A stretch of 64,000 nucleotides of DNA from SAR202 cluster bacterium (lineage in GTDB: Bacteria; Chloroflexota; Dehalococcoidia; Lucifugimonadales; UBA3495): positions 768 through 64,767 of the forward strand of contig VGZV01000006.1 in NCBI GenBank assembly GCA_016872385.1. Reading direction: 5' to 3'. Position 1 is the stretch's first letter. Every line of letters starts with the position of its first letter. Made by a program: the position numbers and the translations under genes. A model generated the notes under the pieces. It searched no databases, had not been told where the DNA came from, and saw only the letters and a program-made list of their open reading frames with translations. Shown piece after piece: positions 45,239-54,706 of the stretch.

Positions 45239-46381
45239 TTGCATTCAGACGGCAGCTCCCACACCATCATCCTCGCCGTGTCCCGCCGGGGGGCCGCCCT
45301 GGCCCGCACCCTGGCGGCGGCCCTGCCGGACAGTCCTGCCCTGTATTTGGACCGGCGGATGATGGAGGCGGCTGACCAGGCTACGCCCTTTGACCTGCCT
45401 CTGCGCCCGGTGGTGCAAAAGTTGTTTGGCGATTGCCAGCAACTGGTGCTGTTTCTGCCCGTGGGCGCGGCCATGCGCTTGCTGGCGCCCTGCCTTCAGG
45501 ACAAGCACACTGACCCGGCGGTGGTCTGCGTGGATGATGCGGGGCGCTTCGCCGTAAGCCTGCTCTCCGGGCACCTGGGCGGCGCAGACCAGTTAGCTCA
45601 GCAGGTAGCGGCAATTCTGGGAGCCGCGCCGGTAGTTACCTCGGCATCCCACGTCACCGGCGCCATTGCTGTGGACTTGCTGGGCCGGGACTTGGGCTGG
45701 AAGCTGGAGGCCAATTCCCTGGCAGTGACGCGGGCCAGCGCCGCGGTGGTCAACGGCGATCCGGTGGGCATTTACCAGCAGGCCGGGGAGCGCCACTGGC
45801 GGCCCCAAGACACTCCCCTGCCTAGCAACCTGCGTGTCTACCCTTCTGTCCAGGCCCTGGCCGAGTCGGACGCCGTAGCGGCCCTGATTATTTCCGACCA
45901 AGCGGGTGTTTCTGGCGATAGGGGCAGGTTTGAAACCCGCCCCTACGGACATTTTCTCTCGCCTAAGCACGTGGTGGTGTACCGGCCCCGCAGTCTGGTA
46001 GCAGGCATGGGCTGCCGCAAAGGGGCACCGGTGGAAGAGTTGGAGGCGCTGCTGGCGGATACTTTTCAGCAGCACAACCTGGCCCTGGGCAGCTTGCGCT
46101 GCATCGCCACCGCAGACCTCAAGGCCGATGAGCCAGGGCTTAAAGAGCTGGCCCAGCGCCACGGCGTGCCCCTGATATGCTACCCCGCCCAGGAACTCAA
46201 CCGCGCCTTTGAGGAACACGGCAGCCGGGCCGCCACCCCTTCCCAGGCGCGACGCTTGCTGGGCATATGGGGGGTGTCAGAACCGGCGGCGCTGCTGGCG
46301 GCGGGCAGCCAGGAGTTGCTGGCGCCCCGGCAGAAATCGGCGCGGGCCACCATTGCCGTGGCGCGGATGGTGTTTGGGTAA
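45239..46381 (+). CDS. cbiG: Cobalt-precorrin-5A hydrolase
   Basis: 380 aa. CbiG N-terminal and middle regions plus the C-terminal GMGCRKGAPVEELEALL motif. Confidence 0.85.
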   Translation: MHSDGSSHTIILAVSRRGAALARTLAAALPDSPALYLDRRMMEAADQATPFDLPLRPVVQKLFGDCQQLVLFLPVGAAMRLLAPCLQDKHTDPAVVCVDDAGRFAVSLLSGHLGGADQLAQQVAAILGAAPVVTSASHVTGAIAVDLLGRDLGWKLEANSLAVTRASAAVVNGDPVGIYQQAGERHWRPQDTPLPSNLRVYPSVQALAESDAVAALIISDQAGVSGDRGRFETRPYGHFLSPKHVVVYRPRSLVAGMGCRKGAPVEELEALLADTFQQHNLALGSLRCIATADLKADEPGLKELAQRHGVPLICYPAQELNRAFEEHGSRAATPSQARRLLGIWGVSEPAALLAAGSQELLAPRQKSARATIAVARMVFG

Positions 46382-46449
46382 AAGGACGACCCCGCCTAGC
46401 CTCCCCTTGGTAAAGGGAGGAACGGGTTCTCCCCCTTAACAAGGAGAAG

Positions 46450-47388
46450 TCAGAGGGGATAGTAACTCCCCAACTCAGCCTTGCGGAACAGGCCCGGCGC
46501 GGCCAGCCCGGGGAAGCGGTCGGGGTACATAGCCTCGGCCAGGGCTTCCATCACGTCCACCACCCGCGGCCCGTGGCGGCTGGGCACTCTCCCGTCGAAC
46601 AGGTACACCTGGCTATGGCGCACCGCAGGTAAGTCTTTCCACCCTGGCTGGGTGGGAAGCCACTGGGCCGCCTCCCAGGCGGAGCGCTCCAGGTCAAAGG
46701 CGCAGGGCATCATCATTATGTAGTCCGGCTGGTACGTCCGAACCTCGCTCCAGGCCAGTTCCCGGGACTTGCCCCACTTCTCCGCCAGGCCCTCGCACCC
46801 GCCCGCCAACTCCACCAGCTCCGGCGTCCACTGGCCCGTGTTGCGCAGCGGTTCCAGCCAGTCAATGCACAACACCTTGGGGGGTGTGACCACATCGGCC
46901 AGGCTGGACTGCACTGTTGCAACCCTTTGCCGGAGGCTCTGCACCAGGGCAGCGGCTCTTTCCGGGACCTGGGCGGCCCGGCCAATGGCCAAAATATTCT
47001 GAAAAATGTCCTCCAGCCCCGCAGGCCGGATGCTGACAATCTCCGGCTGGTAGTCCAGCACCCTGGCAGCGGTCTCAAACACCGAGCCGCCGCCGATGGC
47101 GCAGACCTCACAAAGCTCCTGGGTGAGGATAACGTCGGGGCGAAGCTCGCGCAGCAGGTTGCCGTCAATCCAGTGCATGGAGCTTCCAGTTGCGCGGGCC
47201 TGCTGGACAATGGCGTCAATTTCCGCGCTGCTCAAGCCGGACACATCACGAATGGCCCGGCTGACCACCGGCTTGGCGCGGGCAGCGTCAGGATAGTCAC
47301 ACTTGTGGGAGACGCCCACCAGTTGGTCGCCCAGACCCAGGGCATAGACCATTTCAGTGGCGCTGGGCAGAAACGAGACTATGCGCAT
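46450..47388 (-). CDS. BtuF-like (cluster 8, Fe/B12-type) binding protein without signal peptide
   Basis: Begins directly with MRIVSFLPSATEMVYALGLGDQLVGVSH, the first strand of the mature BtuF-type fold. No hydrophobic leader. Confidence 0.7.
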   Translation of the reverse strand: MRIVSFLPSATEMVYALGLGDQLVGVSHKCDYPDAARAKPVVSRAIRDVSGLSSAEIDAIVQQARATGSSMHWIDGNLLRELRPDVILTQELCEVCAIGGGSVFETAARVLDYQPEIVSIRPAGLEDIFQNILAIGRAAQVPERAAALVQSLRQRVATVQSSLADVVTPPKVLCIDWLEPLRNTGQWTPELVELAGGCEGLAEKWGKSRELAWSEVRTYQPDYIMMMPCAFDLERSAWEAAQWLPTQPGWKDLPAVRHSQVYLFDGRVPSRHGPRVVDVMEALAEAMYPDRFPGLAAPGLFRKAELGSYYPL

Positions 47389-47468
47389 ATCGGAACCCTC
47401 CAGCAGGATTCAACGTCAGTATAAAAGGTGTAAACTGAAAACAGCAACGTGCGCAGAGGATTAAGGGC

Positions 47469-47897
47469 ATGACTCAATTGCGGGCGGCACGGTGGATGAC
47501 AGTCCTGGCCCACGGCCTGGCGTGGTCGGCCTTTGCCTTCATCCTCTTCTGGCCCTGGATGTACCATGGCACCACCATTGAGGTAGGGCCGGACGGCATC
47601 CAGCGGGTGGTGCCTTACTCCGCCACCTTCCTGGAGGTCAACAGCCGGTGGACCCTCATTCCCCTGCTGGTCCCCGTGGGACTGACTGCTGCCGGACTAC
47701 TGGTTGCGCTGGGCGCTCACGGGCGACGAAATATAGTGTTGCTGTGGATTGTCACGGCTCTGGCGGCGGTATTCTGCGTATTGGGGTCTTTCAGCGTCGG
47801 CATGTTTTACGCTCCCGCTTGCCTGGCATTGCTGGCAGCGGCTATCATATTCACCATGTCCAAGGGGCAAACTACGGCGGCAAGGACCGGCATATGA
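47469..47897 (+). CDS. Hypothetical 4-TM membrane protein
   Basis: 142-aa ORF with four hydrophobic segments. No family recognised. Confidence 0.45.
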   Translation: MTQLRAARWMTVLAHGLAWSAFAFILFWPWMYHGTTIEVGPDGIQRVVPYSATFLEVNSRWTLIPLLVPVGLTAAGLLVALGAHGRRNIVLLWIVTALAAVFCVLGSFSVGMFYAPACLALLAAAIIFTMSKGQTTAARTGI

Positions 47898-47937
47898 GCC
47901 TGCATCAACGCTTTGGGCTTGCCCGCAAGGAGAAAAT

Positions 47938-48237
47938 ATGCCCGCGCAGCTGCGCATCTATACCATCAACAAGGGCCACATGGACGACTTTGTGGCCGCC
48001 TGGAAGAAGGGAGTCTACCCCCTGTGGCTGAAACACGGCTTCAAGATTGACCGCGCTGGGGTTATCCCGGAAAGCAACCAGTTCATGTGGGTATTGTCCC
48101 ATGATGACCCGGTGGACTGGGAGGCCAAAGAAAAGGCCTATTATGCCTCACCGGAGCGTAAGGGCCTGAAGCCCGACCCGGCCCAGTGGATTGCCCGCGC
48201 CGAACGCTACTTCTACAATGAAGTTGTGAAGCCGTAA
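47938..48237 (+). CDS. NIPSNAP-family protein
   Basis: ATG at 47938 preceded by AAGGAG. MPAQLRIYTINKGHMDDFVAAWKKGVYPL fits the dimeric alpha-beta barrel NIPSNAP pattern. Confidence 0.65.
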   Translation: MPAQLRIYTINKGHMDDFVAAWKKGVYPLWLKHGFKIDRAGVIPESNQFMWVLSHDDPVDWEAKEKAYYASPERKGLKPDPAQWIARAERYFYNEVVKP

Positions 48238-48267
48238 GGGTATCCGGCTTCCTGGGCGGAGCTTTCA

Positions 48268-49158
48268 GTGGCAGCGAAAATTCTGGACGGCGTGGCCCTG
48301 GCGAAACAGGTCCGGGGCGAGGTGGCCGCCGGGGTGGCGGAGCTGCGCCAGCGGCACGAAGTTGTGCCCGGACTGGCAGCGGTGCTGGTGGGGGACGACC
48401 CTGCCTCGGCTATTTATGTGCGCAACAAACGCCGCGCCTGCGATGAAGTGGGGATGTTCAGCGAAACCTTTCCCCTGCCTGCCACAACAGCCCAGGAAGA
48501 AGTGCTGGCCCTGGTGGCAAAGCTGAACCAGGACCCTCGATTCCACGGCATACTGGTGCAGCTGCCGCTGCCCCGCCAGGTGGACGAAAACGCGGTCATA
48601 GAAGCGGTCTCTCCGGACAAGGACGTGGACGGCATCCACCCTTTCAACGTGGGCAAACTGGCCCAGGGGATGCCCCGGTTCATTCCCGGCACGGCTGCAG
48701 GCGTCCAGCAGCTCCTGCTGCGCCACGGCTACGACCCGGCAGGCAAGCATGTGGTCATCTGCGGGCGCAGCAACATTGTGGGCAAACCCCTGGCCATGCT
48801 GCTGATGCAGCGGCAGGCCGGGGCCAACGCCACTGTCACGGTGTGCCACACCCGCACTAACAACCTTCCTGAAATTACCCGCCAGGCGGACATCCTGGTG
48901 GCGGCGGTGGGCCAACCCAGGGCCATTTCCGGCAACATGGTAAAAGAAGGCGCGGTGGTCATAGACGTGGGCATCAACCGGGTAGAGGACTCCACCCGCA
49001 AGCAGGGCTACCGGCTGGAGGGGGACGTGGACTTTGAGACCGTTTCCCAAAAGGCAGCGTCCATCACCCCTGTGCCCGGCGGGGTAGGCCCCATGACCAT
49101 TGCCATGCTACTGGTGAACACCCTGACCGCGGCCCGGCTGGGCCTGAGAAGCTTGTAG
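48268..49158 (+). CDS. folD: Bifunctional methylenetetrahydrofolate dehydrogenase/cyclohydrolase
   Basis: KILDG...YVRNKRRAC, DVDGIHPFNVGKL, GRSNIVGKPLAMLL and PGGVGPMTIAML. Confidence 0.95.
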   Translation: MAAKILDGVALAKQVRGEVAAGVAELRQRHEVVPGLAAVLVGDDPASAIYVRNKRRACDEVGMFSETFPLPATTAQEEVLALVAKLNQDPRFHGILVQLPLPRQVDENAVIEAVSPDKDVDGIHPFNVGKLAQGMPRFIPGTAAGVQQLLLRHGYDPAGKHVVICGRSNIVGKPLAMLLMQRQAGANATVTVCHTRTNNLPEITRQADILVAAVGQPRAISGNMVKEGAVVIDVGINRVEDSTRKQGYRLEGDVDFETVSQKAASITPVPGGVGPMTIAMLLVNTLTAARLGLRSL

Positions 49159-49162
49159 ATAA

Positions 49163-49400
49163 CTGCTTGACCCCTCACCCCAGTCTTCTCCCACAAGGGG
49201 TGTTGCCTCAAAACACTTGCGCCTGACTGAAAATGTCATCCTTCGTCCCGATTGCATCGGGACCCACAATGACATTTTGGGCAAAGCCCGGTTTTCTAGA
49301 TTCTTCGTCGTCCCCATGTCATCGGGACTCCTCAGAGTGACACTTTTGAGGCAAGCTCCCCACAAGGGGAGCGAGGGCAAGCTGCTTATACCTCGATGGG
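49163..49400. repeat. Composite repeat: family D units nested inside an outer CTCCCACAAGGGG / TTTTGAGGCAA inverted repeat
   Basis: AAAATGTCAT...ATGACATTTT hairpin containing GTCCCGATTGCATCGGGAC. Second unit GTCACTCTGAGGAGTCCCGATGACATGGGGAC on the opposite strand. Outer pair TTGCCTCAAAA / TTTTGAGGCAA. Confidence 0.65.
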
Positions 49401-49426
49401 GGAAGGCAGGGATGAGGGTTACTGTT

Positions 49427-50482
49427 ATGCGCACCAGCGACTTTGATTACTACCTACCGCCGGAGCTGATTGCCCAGACCCCGGTGGAACCTAGAGATGC
49501 CTCCCGTCTGATGGCGCTAGACCGGGCGACCGGCCAGCTGGCCCACCACAATTTCAGGGGCATCCTGGAGTACCTGCGCCCCAACGATTTGATGGTGTTC
49601 AACCAGAGCCGGGTGATTCCTACCCGGCTGCGGGGCAGGCATTCCGCCACCGGCGGTTCCGTGGAGCTGCTGCTGCTGCGCCAGGAAACTCCCGGCGTGT
49701 GGCTGGCCCTGGGCAAGCCTGGGAGGCGGCTGCGTCCGGGGGCGCGGGTGACCCTGGAACCGCAGTCTTCAGACACCGGCAGTGCCCGCAGCCTGGCGGC
49801 AGAAGTCTTGTCAGTGAACGAAGACGGCACTCGCCGGATGCGCCTGGAGGGGGGCCATGCCCAGTGGGAGGCCCTGGGAATAGTGCCCCTGCCGCCCTAC
49901 ATTCACCAGCCCCTGGCCGACCCGGAACGCTACCAGACGGTGTACGCCCGCCAGCCCGGCAGCGTGGCCGCGCCCACGGCAGGGCTGCACTTTACGCCGC
50001 AGTTGCTGGAGGAGATAAAAGGCTGTCGCGCGACTCTTGCCTTTGTCACGTTGCATGTGGGGCTGGACACCTTCCGTCCGGTGCAGGAGGAGGACCCAGC
50101 GGAGCACAAAATCCACACGGAGTACTATGAAGTTGACCAGGCCGCTGCCCAGGCGCTGGCCCAGGCTCGGCGCACCGGCGGGCGGATTATTGCGGTGGGC
50201 ACCACCTCCGTGCGGGTGCTGGAACAGGTCGCCCAGGACTTGGCCGCCCAAGGAAGCAGTGAAATTCACCCAGTGCAGGGCGATGCCAGCCTTTTTATTC
50301 GCCCGGGCCACCAGTTCCGGCTGGTGGACGCCATGCTCACCAACTTTCACCTGCCCCGCTCCACGCTGCTTATGCTGGTCTCCGCTTTTGCTAGCCGGGA
50401 AATGATCCTGCAGGCCTACCAGGAGGCGGTGGCGCAACGCTACCGGTTTTACTCCTTTGGGGATGCCATGCTGATATTGTAA
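49427..50482 (+). CDS. queA: S-adenosylmethionine:tRNA ribosyltransferase-isomerase
   Basis: MRTSDFDYYLPPELIAQTP N-terminus and C-terminal SFGDAMLI. ATG at 49427 is preferred; the ORF start at 49217 lies in repeat DNA. Confidence 0.95.
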   Translation: MRTSDFDYYLPPELIAQTPVEPRDASRLMALDRATGQLAHHNFRGILEYLRPNDLMVFNQSRVIPTRLRGRHSATGGSVELLLLRQETPGVWLALGKPGRRLRPGARVTLEPQSSDTGSARSLAAEVLSVNEDGTRRMRLEGGHAQWEALGIVPLPPYIHQPLADPERYQTVYARQPGSVAAPTAGLHFTPQLLEEIKGCRATLAFVTLHVGLDTFRPVQEEDPAEHKIHTEYYEVDQAAAQALAQARRTGGRIIAVGTTSVRVLEQVAQDLAAQGSSEIHPVQGDASLFIRPGHQFRLVDAMLTNFHLPRSTLLMLVSAFASREMILQAYQEAVAQRYRFYSFGDAMLIL

Positions 50483-50538
50483 AGAGCGGAACTCCAGGGA
50501 TTTTACGTATTTGCGGTTGTATTTAGAGATGAAGAGTT

Positions 50539-50547
50539 TGTTATAAT
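50539..50547 (+). promoter_or_regulatory. Extended -10 candidate (TGTTATAAT) upstream of the surface-protein gene
   Basis: Read directly in an AT-rich spacer 46 nt upstream of the ATG at 50593. Confidence 0.3.
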
Positions 50548-50592
50548 CAAACACGATTGACATTTATATTCTTAAGGTAGCGCGGATACGGC

Positions 50593-53500
50593 ATGACAAA
50601 GTTCAAAGGTTCGATTGGGGCCGTAGTCCTTGCCTTGGCGCTGGCCCTGGCCTCAGCGGCAGCAGGCATGGGCGTCCTTTACGCTCAAACCCCCTCACCG
50701 GGAACGATCAGCATCAGTCCCCAGGCTGGCACTGCTGGGACAGTGGTTACCGTAACCGGCACTGGTTTTACTGTCGGCGAAACCGGCATCAGCATTACCT
50801 ATGACGGCACGGCAGTACTGACCAATATCACTGCCACTAGTGGAACTTTCACCCAAAATTACACTATTCCTTCATCCACTACCACCACGCACACCTTTTC
50901 CGGCACCCGCACCAGCGGTACGGTCAACAGTGTCACCTTTGAATTGCTGAAGCCCTTCATAAGTCTCAGCTCCTCCAGCGGCCCTCCCGGCGCCTCCATT
51001 ACCGTTACCGGCTCCAACTTCCGCGCCAATGAGACCGGCATCTCCGTGACCTACGATGGCGCCACCATGGTCTCGGGACTAAATGCAGGGTCCAATGGCG
51101 GGTGGAGCGCCACGTTCAATGCGCCCTCTTCCCTAGTAGGCCCCCACACCATAGCAGCTTCCGGATCCCAAACCCTGGCATCCACGGTACCCAGCCTGAC
51201 ATTCACGGTCAGCGCAGGCATTTCCGCCTCCAAGAACAGCGGGCCAGTGGGTACGCCGGTGTCAGTGAGTGGCGCCGGGTTTGCCGTAAATGAGACTGGC
51301 GTGAACATCACTTTCGACGGCGTTAACATAGCTTCAACTACGGCCAACGCCCAGGGCACCTGGACGGCCAACTTTACCGTTCCCGCCACCGCAAGCGGCA
51401 ACCACACCATTGGCGCATTTGGCCGCACTACCTTGGCCACCTCCGTTGGCACGGTGGCTTTCACCGTACAACCCGCCATTGCCCTGAACAAGTCCACGGG
51501 CGCGCCGGGCACTTCCGTAACCATCACCGGCACCGGCTTTGCGGTCAGCGACACCAACATCAACGTGACCTTTGGCAGCACCACGGTGCTGTCCAATTTG
51601 CGGGCTGACTCCAAGGGGGGATGGAGCGCCAACTTCTCCGTTCCCACCACCTCGGCAGGCACCCACACCGTCTCCGCCTTCGGCAACGGGACGCCCGCCT
51701 CCAGCATTTCGGACCAGTCCTTCACCATTGGGGCGGGCATTACCCTCAGCCGGCCCAGCGGCCCGCCGGGATCCTCCATCACGGTGACTGGCACCGGCTT
51801 TGGCGCCAACGAAAGCGGCATTGTCATTACGTATGACGGAACTCCGGTGGCTTCGGGCATTGCCGCCAACAGCGTGGGGGCATGGACGGGCAGCTTCAGT
51901 GTTCCCGTATCCGCCGCGGGCAGTCACGTAGTGCGGGCCTTTGGCGGTGTGGGCGGCGGCGGCAGTTCCGGCGATGCGAGCTTCACCGCCAGCCCAACCA
52001 TTACCCTGAGCAAGTCCAGCGGCGCGCCAGGCACTTCCATAACTGTCAATGGCGCAGGATTCGGAGCCAATGAGCGCAGTATCAGCCTCACCTTTGACGG
52101 GGTGCAGATTGCTTCTGGAATAAACGCCAATGCCCAGGGATCGTGGGTGACCACCATCAACATCCCCGGATCAGGCAGCGGCGCTCATACCATTGCGGCA
52201 ACAGGATCTTCTTCGTCCCAGTCCACGGGAGTGGATGCTCCCTTTACCGTGGGATCTGGGCTGACACTTAGCCGCAGCAGCGGGCCGCCGGGCACCGCCA
52301 TAACCGTGGGCGGCGCTGGTTATGCTCCCAATGAACGGAACATTAACCTGACCTACGACGGCGTACAGGTGGCATCCGGAATTACGGCCAACGCCCAGGG
52401 GGCCTGGACTTACAATTTCACGGTGCCGCCTTCACCCACTGGGTCACACACCATTGCCGCGGGAGGAGCCAGCAGCCAGGGCGCGCCGCCGGATACCGTA
52501 TATTCCGTTACACCGGCCCTTTCTCTCAACCGAACCAGTGGGCCGCCGGGAACTTCCATTGCGGTCACCGGCGCAGGTTTTGGGGCCAGCGAGCGGGGCA
52601 TCACCATAACTTTTGAAGGCACGCCGGTGGCTTCGGGCATTAACGCCAATGCCCAGGGGTCATGGACACAAAATGTGGTGGCGCCGCCATCCCCGGCAGG
52701 AGCCAGGGCGTTGAGTGCATCGGGGCCCATCACTCAAACCTTTGGCAATTCAGACGTCACCTTCATAGTAGCGGCGGAGCTGACCGTCAACCGCCACACC
52801 GGCGCTCCCGGCACTCCCATTACCGTGGGCGGCGCAGGCTTTGCCAGCGGTGAAGGAAGCATAACCTTAACTTTCGACGGCACTCCAGTAGCTTCCGGCA
52901 TCACTGCCAACGCCCAGGGCGGATGGAGCGCCACTTTTGCCATACCCGCCGCCGCCGCAGGCCCACACGAGATCAAAGCTTCAGGCTCTGCTACCCAGGG
53001 AGCCTCCGCGCCGGACTTCCGGTTTGCTGTGGTGCCGGTGGTTAGCATCTCCCCCAACACCGGCAACGTGGGAATGCGCACCGAAGTTACCGGGTCGGGG
53101 TTCAGTCCTAACGCCAGCCTGGCCATTACCTTTGGCGAAGAGCAGATTCGAGGCGGAGCGGTGACAGCCAATGGGGCAGGCAGCTTCAGCTTCGCGGTGG
53201 TTATTCCCCGGGCCAGGGCTGGAGCCCAGGCCTTGAAGATTGTAGATGGCGACCGTAATGAAGCCCAGGTGTCATTCACTATTGAAGGCGTGCCGCCGCG
53301 TATGCCAGGACCCCTTACTCCCAAGAACAACGAGCGCATGGGATTGCTGGGCAACATCTCTCCCACGCTGACCTGGTCCAACCTCCATGACCCCAGCGGC
53401 GTGACCTATGCGCTGCAAATTGACGCCAACCCCAGTTTCTCCAGGCCTATTTTGGAAAAGTTCGACCTGACCTCTCCCAGCTACACCCTGGCGCCGGGTG

Positions 53501-54591
53501 AGGCATTGCCCCGGGGCAGATACTACTGGCGCGTCCGCTCCGTGGACGGCGCATACAACGAAAGCAGCTGGTCGGAGCCAATCGTACTGCGGTCGGGCCT
53601 GATGCCTCTTTGGGCGCTAATCGGCTTAGTGCTGGTGGCGCTGGCCGCCGTGGGCGGGGCCGGAGTTTTCGGTTACCTGTACTTCTTCCGCCGCAAGACC
53701 GAGGTAATCCGCGTAGGAGAGGTGGCTGTTCCTACCCCGGTGCCGGGTTATTTCCGGGAATTGAGCGCACCAGAAGAAGCCGCCAAGCCCCAGCAGCAGC
53801 GCGCCTTGGGACTGCCGTCCCGGCTGGCGCTTCCTGGGGCCACCAGCAGCAGAAGGCCGCGGGTGTTATCGCCCCAGGAGCAGGGGCGGCTGAAAATCCT
53901 GGCGGAGTTTGCCAAGTCCCTGCCCCTGATTCAAGTGGGGTATGACGCCGACTGGCTACAAGAGGTGGCCTCCAGCGCCAACGGCGAAGGTTCTCCCGAG
54001 GCAGTCCGCGAGCAGCTGCTGGCTGGCAACATTTCCCTCAATTACGAGCCTTCGTGGCAGAGCCATCCCCTGTACCTGGAACTGCGTAGCGTCCTGGACG
54101 GGCATCCTCTGCTCCAAGGCCTGGACAACTACATCGAATCCGTGAACCGTTGCGCCAGCGACGTTGCGGGCATGCTGCAGGAAATCTACCGGGAAACCTC
54201 AGGCATTGTGTCTGACGAGGCCATGCGCCGGGGCCGGTGGCAGTACGTTTATGCAGTTTACGCCGACGCCCTGGGCTGGTTCCGCGGCAAGTTCCTGCGG
54301 GAACCTTCGGAACGGGACTACTACATGCTGGCCGATGGCCAGGAGCCTGCTCAAGAAGAGGGCAACGTCATGTGGCTACGGGGAGCCGATGCCACACCCT
54401 TTGCCGGAGAGTTGGTGACTGCGCCAGACCAGGCAGGACTGCAGGAATCCCTGGAGCTGCACATCAGGCTGCGGCGGAACTACCGGAAGAACGAGCGGGC
54501 CAAGTCGCTGGTGGAGACGCTGGCCCAGTTGGAAGTCCAGCGGGACCGGCTGCTGGGCGCGCTGGGGCAGTTGGGCCAGATGGGCGGTTAG
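50593..54591 (+). CDS. Type I membrane surface protein: signal peptide, ten IPT/TIG-like Ig repeats, Fn3-like module, TM helix, ~300-aa cytoplasmic domain of unknown function
   Basis: 1332 aa. Ten ~87-aa repeats (consensus S.S.GPPGTSITVTG.GF..NE..I.LTYDG..VASGI.ANAQG.W...F.VP.S..G.H.I.A.G). YYWRVRSVDGAYNESSWS module. TM segment LMPLWALIGLVLVALAAVGGAGVFGYLYFF followed by RRK. Confidence 0.8.
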   Translation: MTKFKGSIGAVVLALALALASAAAGMGVLYAQTPSPGTISISPQAGTAGTVVTVTGTGFTVGETGISITYDGTAVLTNITATSGTFTQNYTIPSSTTTTHTFSGTRTSGTVNSVTFELLKPFISLSSSSGPPGASITVTGSNFRANETGISVTYDGATMVSGLNAGSNGGWSATFNAPSSLVGPHTIAASGSQTLASTVPSLTFTVSAGISASKNSGPVGTPVSVSGAGFAVNETGVNITFDGVNIASTTANAQGTWTANFTVPATASGNHTIGAFGRTTLATSVGTVAFTVQPAIALNKSTGAPGTSVTITGTGFAVSDTNINVTFGSTTVLSNLRADSKGGWSANFSVPTTSAGTHTVSAFGNGTPASSISDQSFTIGAGITLSRPSGPPGSSITVTGTGFGANESGIVITYDGTPVASGIAANSVGAWTGSFSVPVSAAGSHVVRAFGGVGGGGSSGDASFTASPTITLSKSSGAPGTSITVNGAGFGANERSISLTFDGVQIASGINANAQGSWVTTINIPGSGSGAHTIAATGSSSSQSTGVDAPFTVGSGLTLSRSSGPPGTAITVGGAGYAPNERNINLTYDGVQVASGITANAQGAWTYNFTVPPSPTGSHTIAAGGASSQGAPPDTVYSVTPALSLNRTSGPPGTSIAVTGAGFGASERGITITFEGTPVASGINANAQGSWTQNVVAPPSPAGARALSASGPITQTFGNSDVTFIVAAELTVNRHTGAPGTPITVGGAGFASGEGSITLTFDGTPVASGITANAQGGWSATFAIPAAAAGPHEIKASGSATQGASAPDFRFAVVPVVSISPNTGNVGMRTEVTGSGFSPNASLAITFGEEQIRGGAVTANGAGSFSFAVVIPRARAGAQALKIVDGDRNEAQVSFTIEGVPPRMPGPLTPKNNERMGLLGNISPTLTWSNLHDPSGVTYALQIDANPSFSRPILEKFDLTSPSYTLAPGEALPRGRYYWRVRSVDGAYNESSWSEPIVLRSGLMPLWALIGLVLVALAAVGGAGVFGYLYFFRRKTEVIRVGEVAVPTPVPGYFRELSAPEEAAKPQQQRALGLPSRLALPGATSSRRPRVLSPQEQGRLKILAEFAKSLPLIQVGYDADWLQEVASSANGEGSPEAVREQLLAGNISLNYEPSWQSHPLYLELRSVLDGHPLLQGLDNYIESVNRCASDVAGMLQEIYRETSGIVSDEAMRRGRWQYVYAVYADALGWFRGKFLREPSERDYYMLADGQEPAQEEGNVMWLRGADATPFAGELVTAPDQAGLQESLELHIRLRRNYRKNERAKSLVETLAQLEVQRDRLLGALGQLGQMGG

Positions 54592-54674
54592 AGCTTGTGT
54601 GACGATTCCCGCTCATCCTGAGCTTGTCGAACCACGGGCGGGCTGGGTAGACGGCATTTCTCACACAGGCTCTT
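54590..54674. repeat. Family C element with 20-bp terminal inverted repeats
   Basis: AGAGCTTGTGTGACGATTCC...GCATTTCTCACACAGGCTCT ends around a CCCGCTCATCCTGAGCTTGTCGAACCACGGGCGGG hairpin. Starts within the stop codon of the preceding gene. Confidence 0.7.
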
Positions 54675-54706
54675 AGTCCCCTCATGCCAGTCCGGCGGCT
54701 GGGTAT

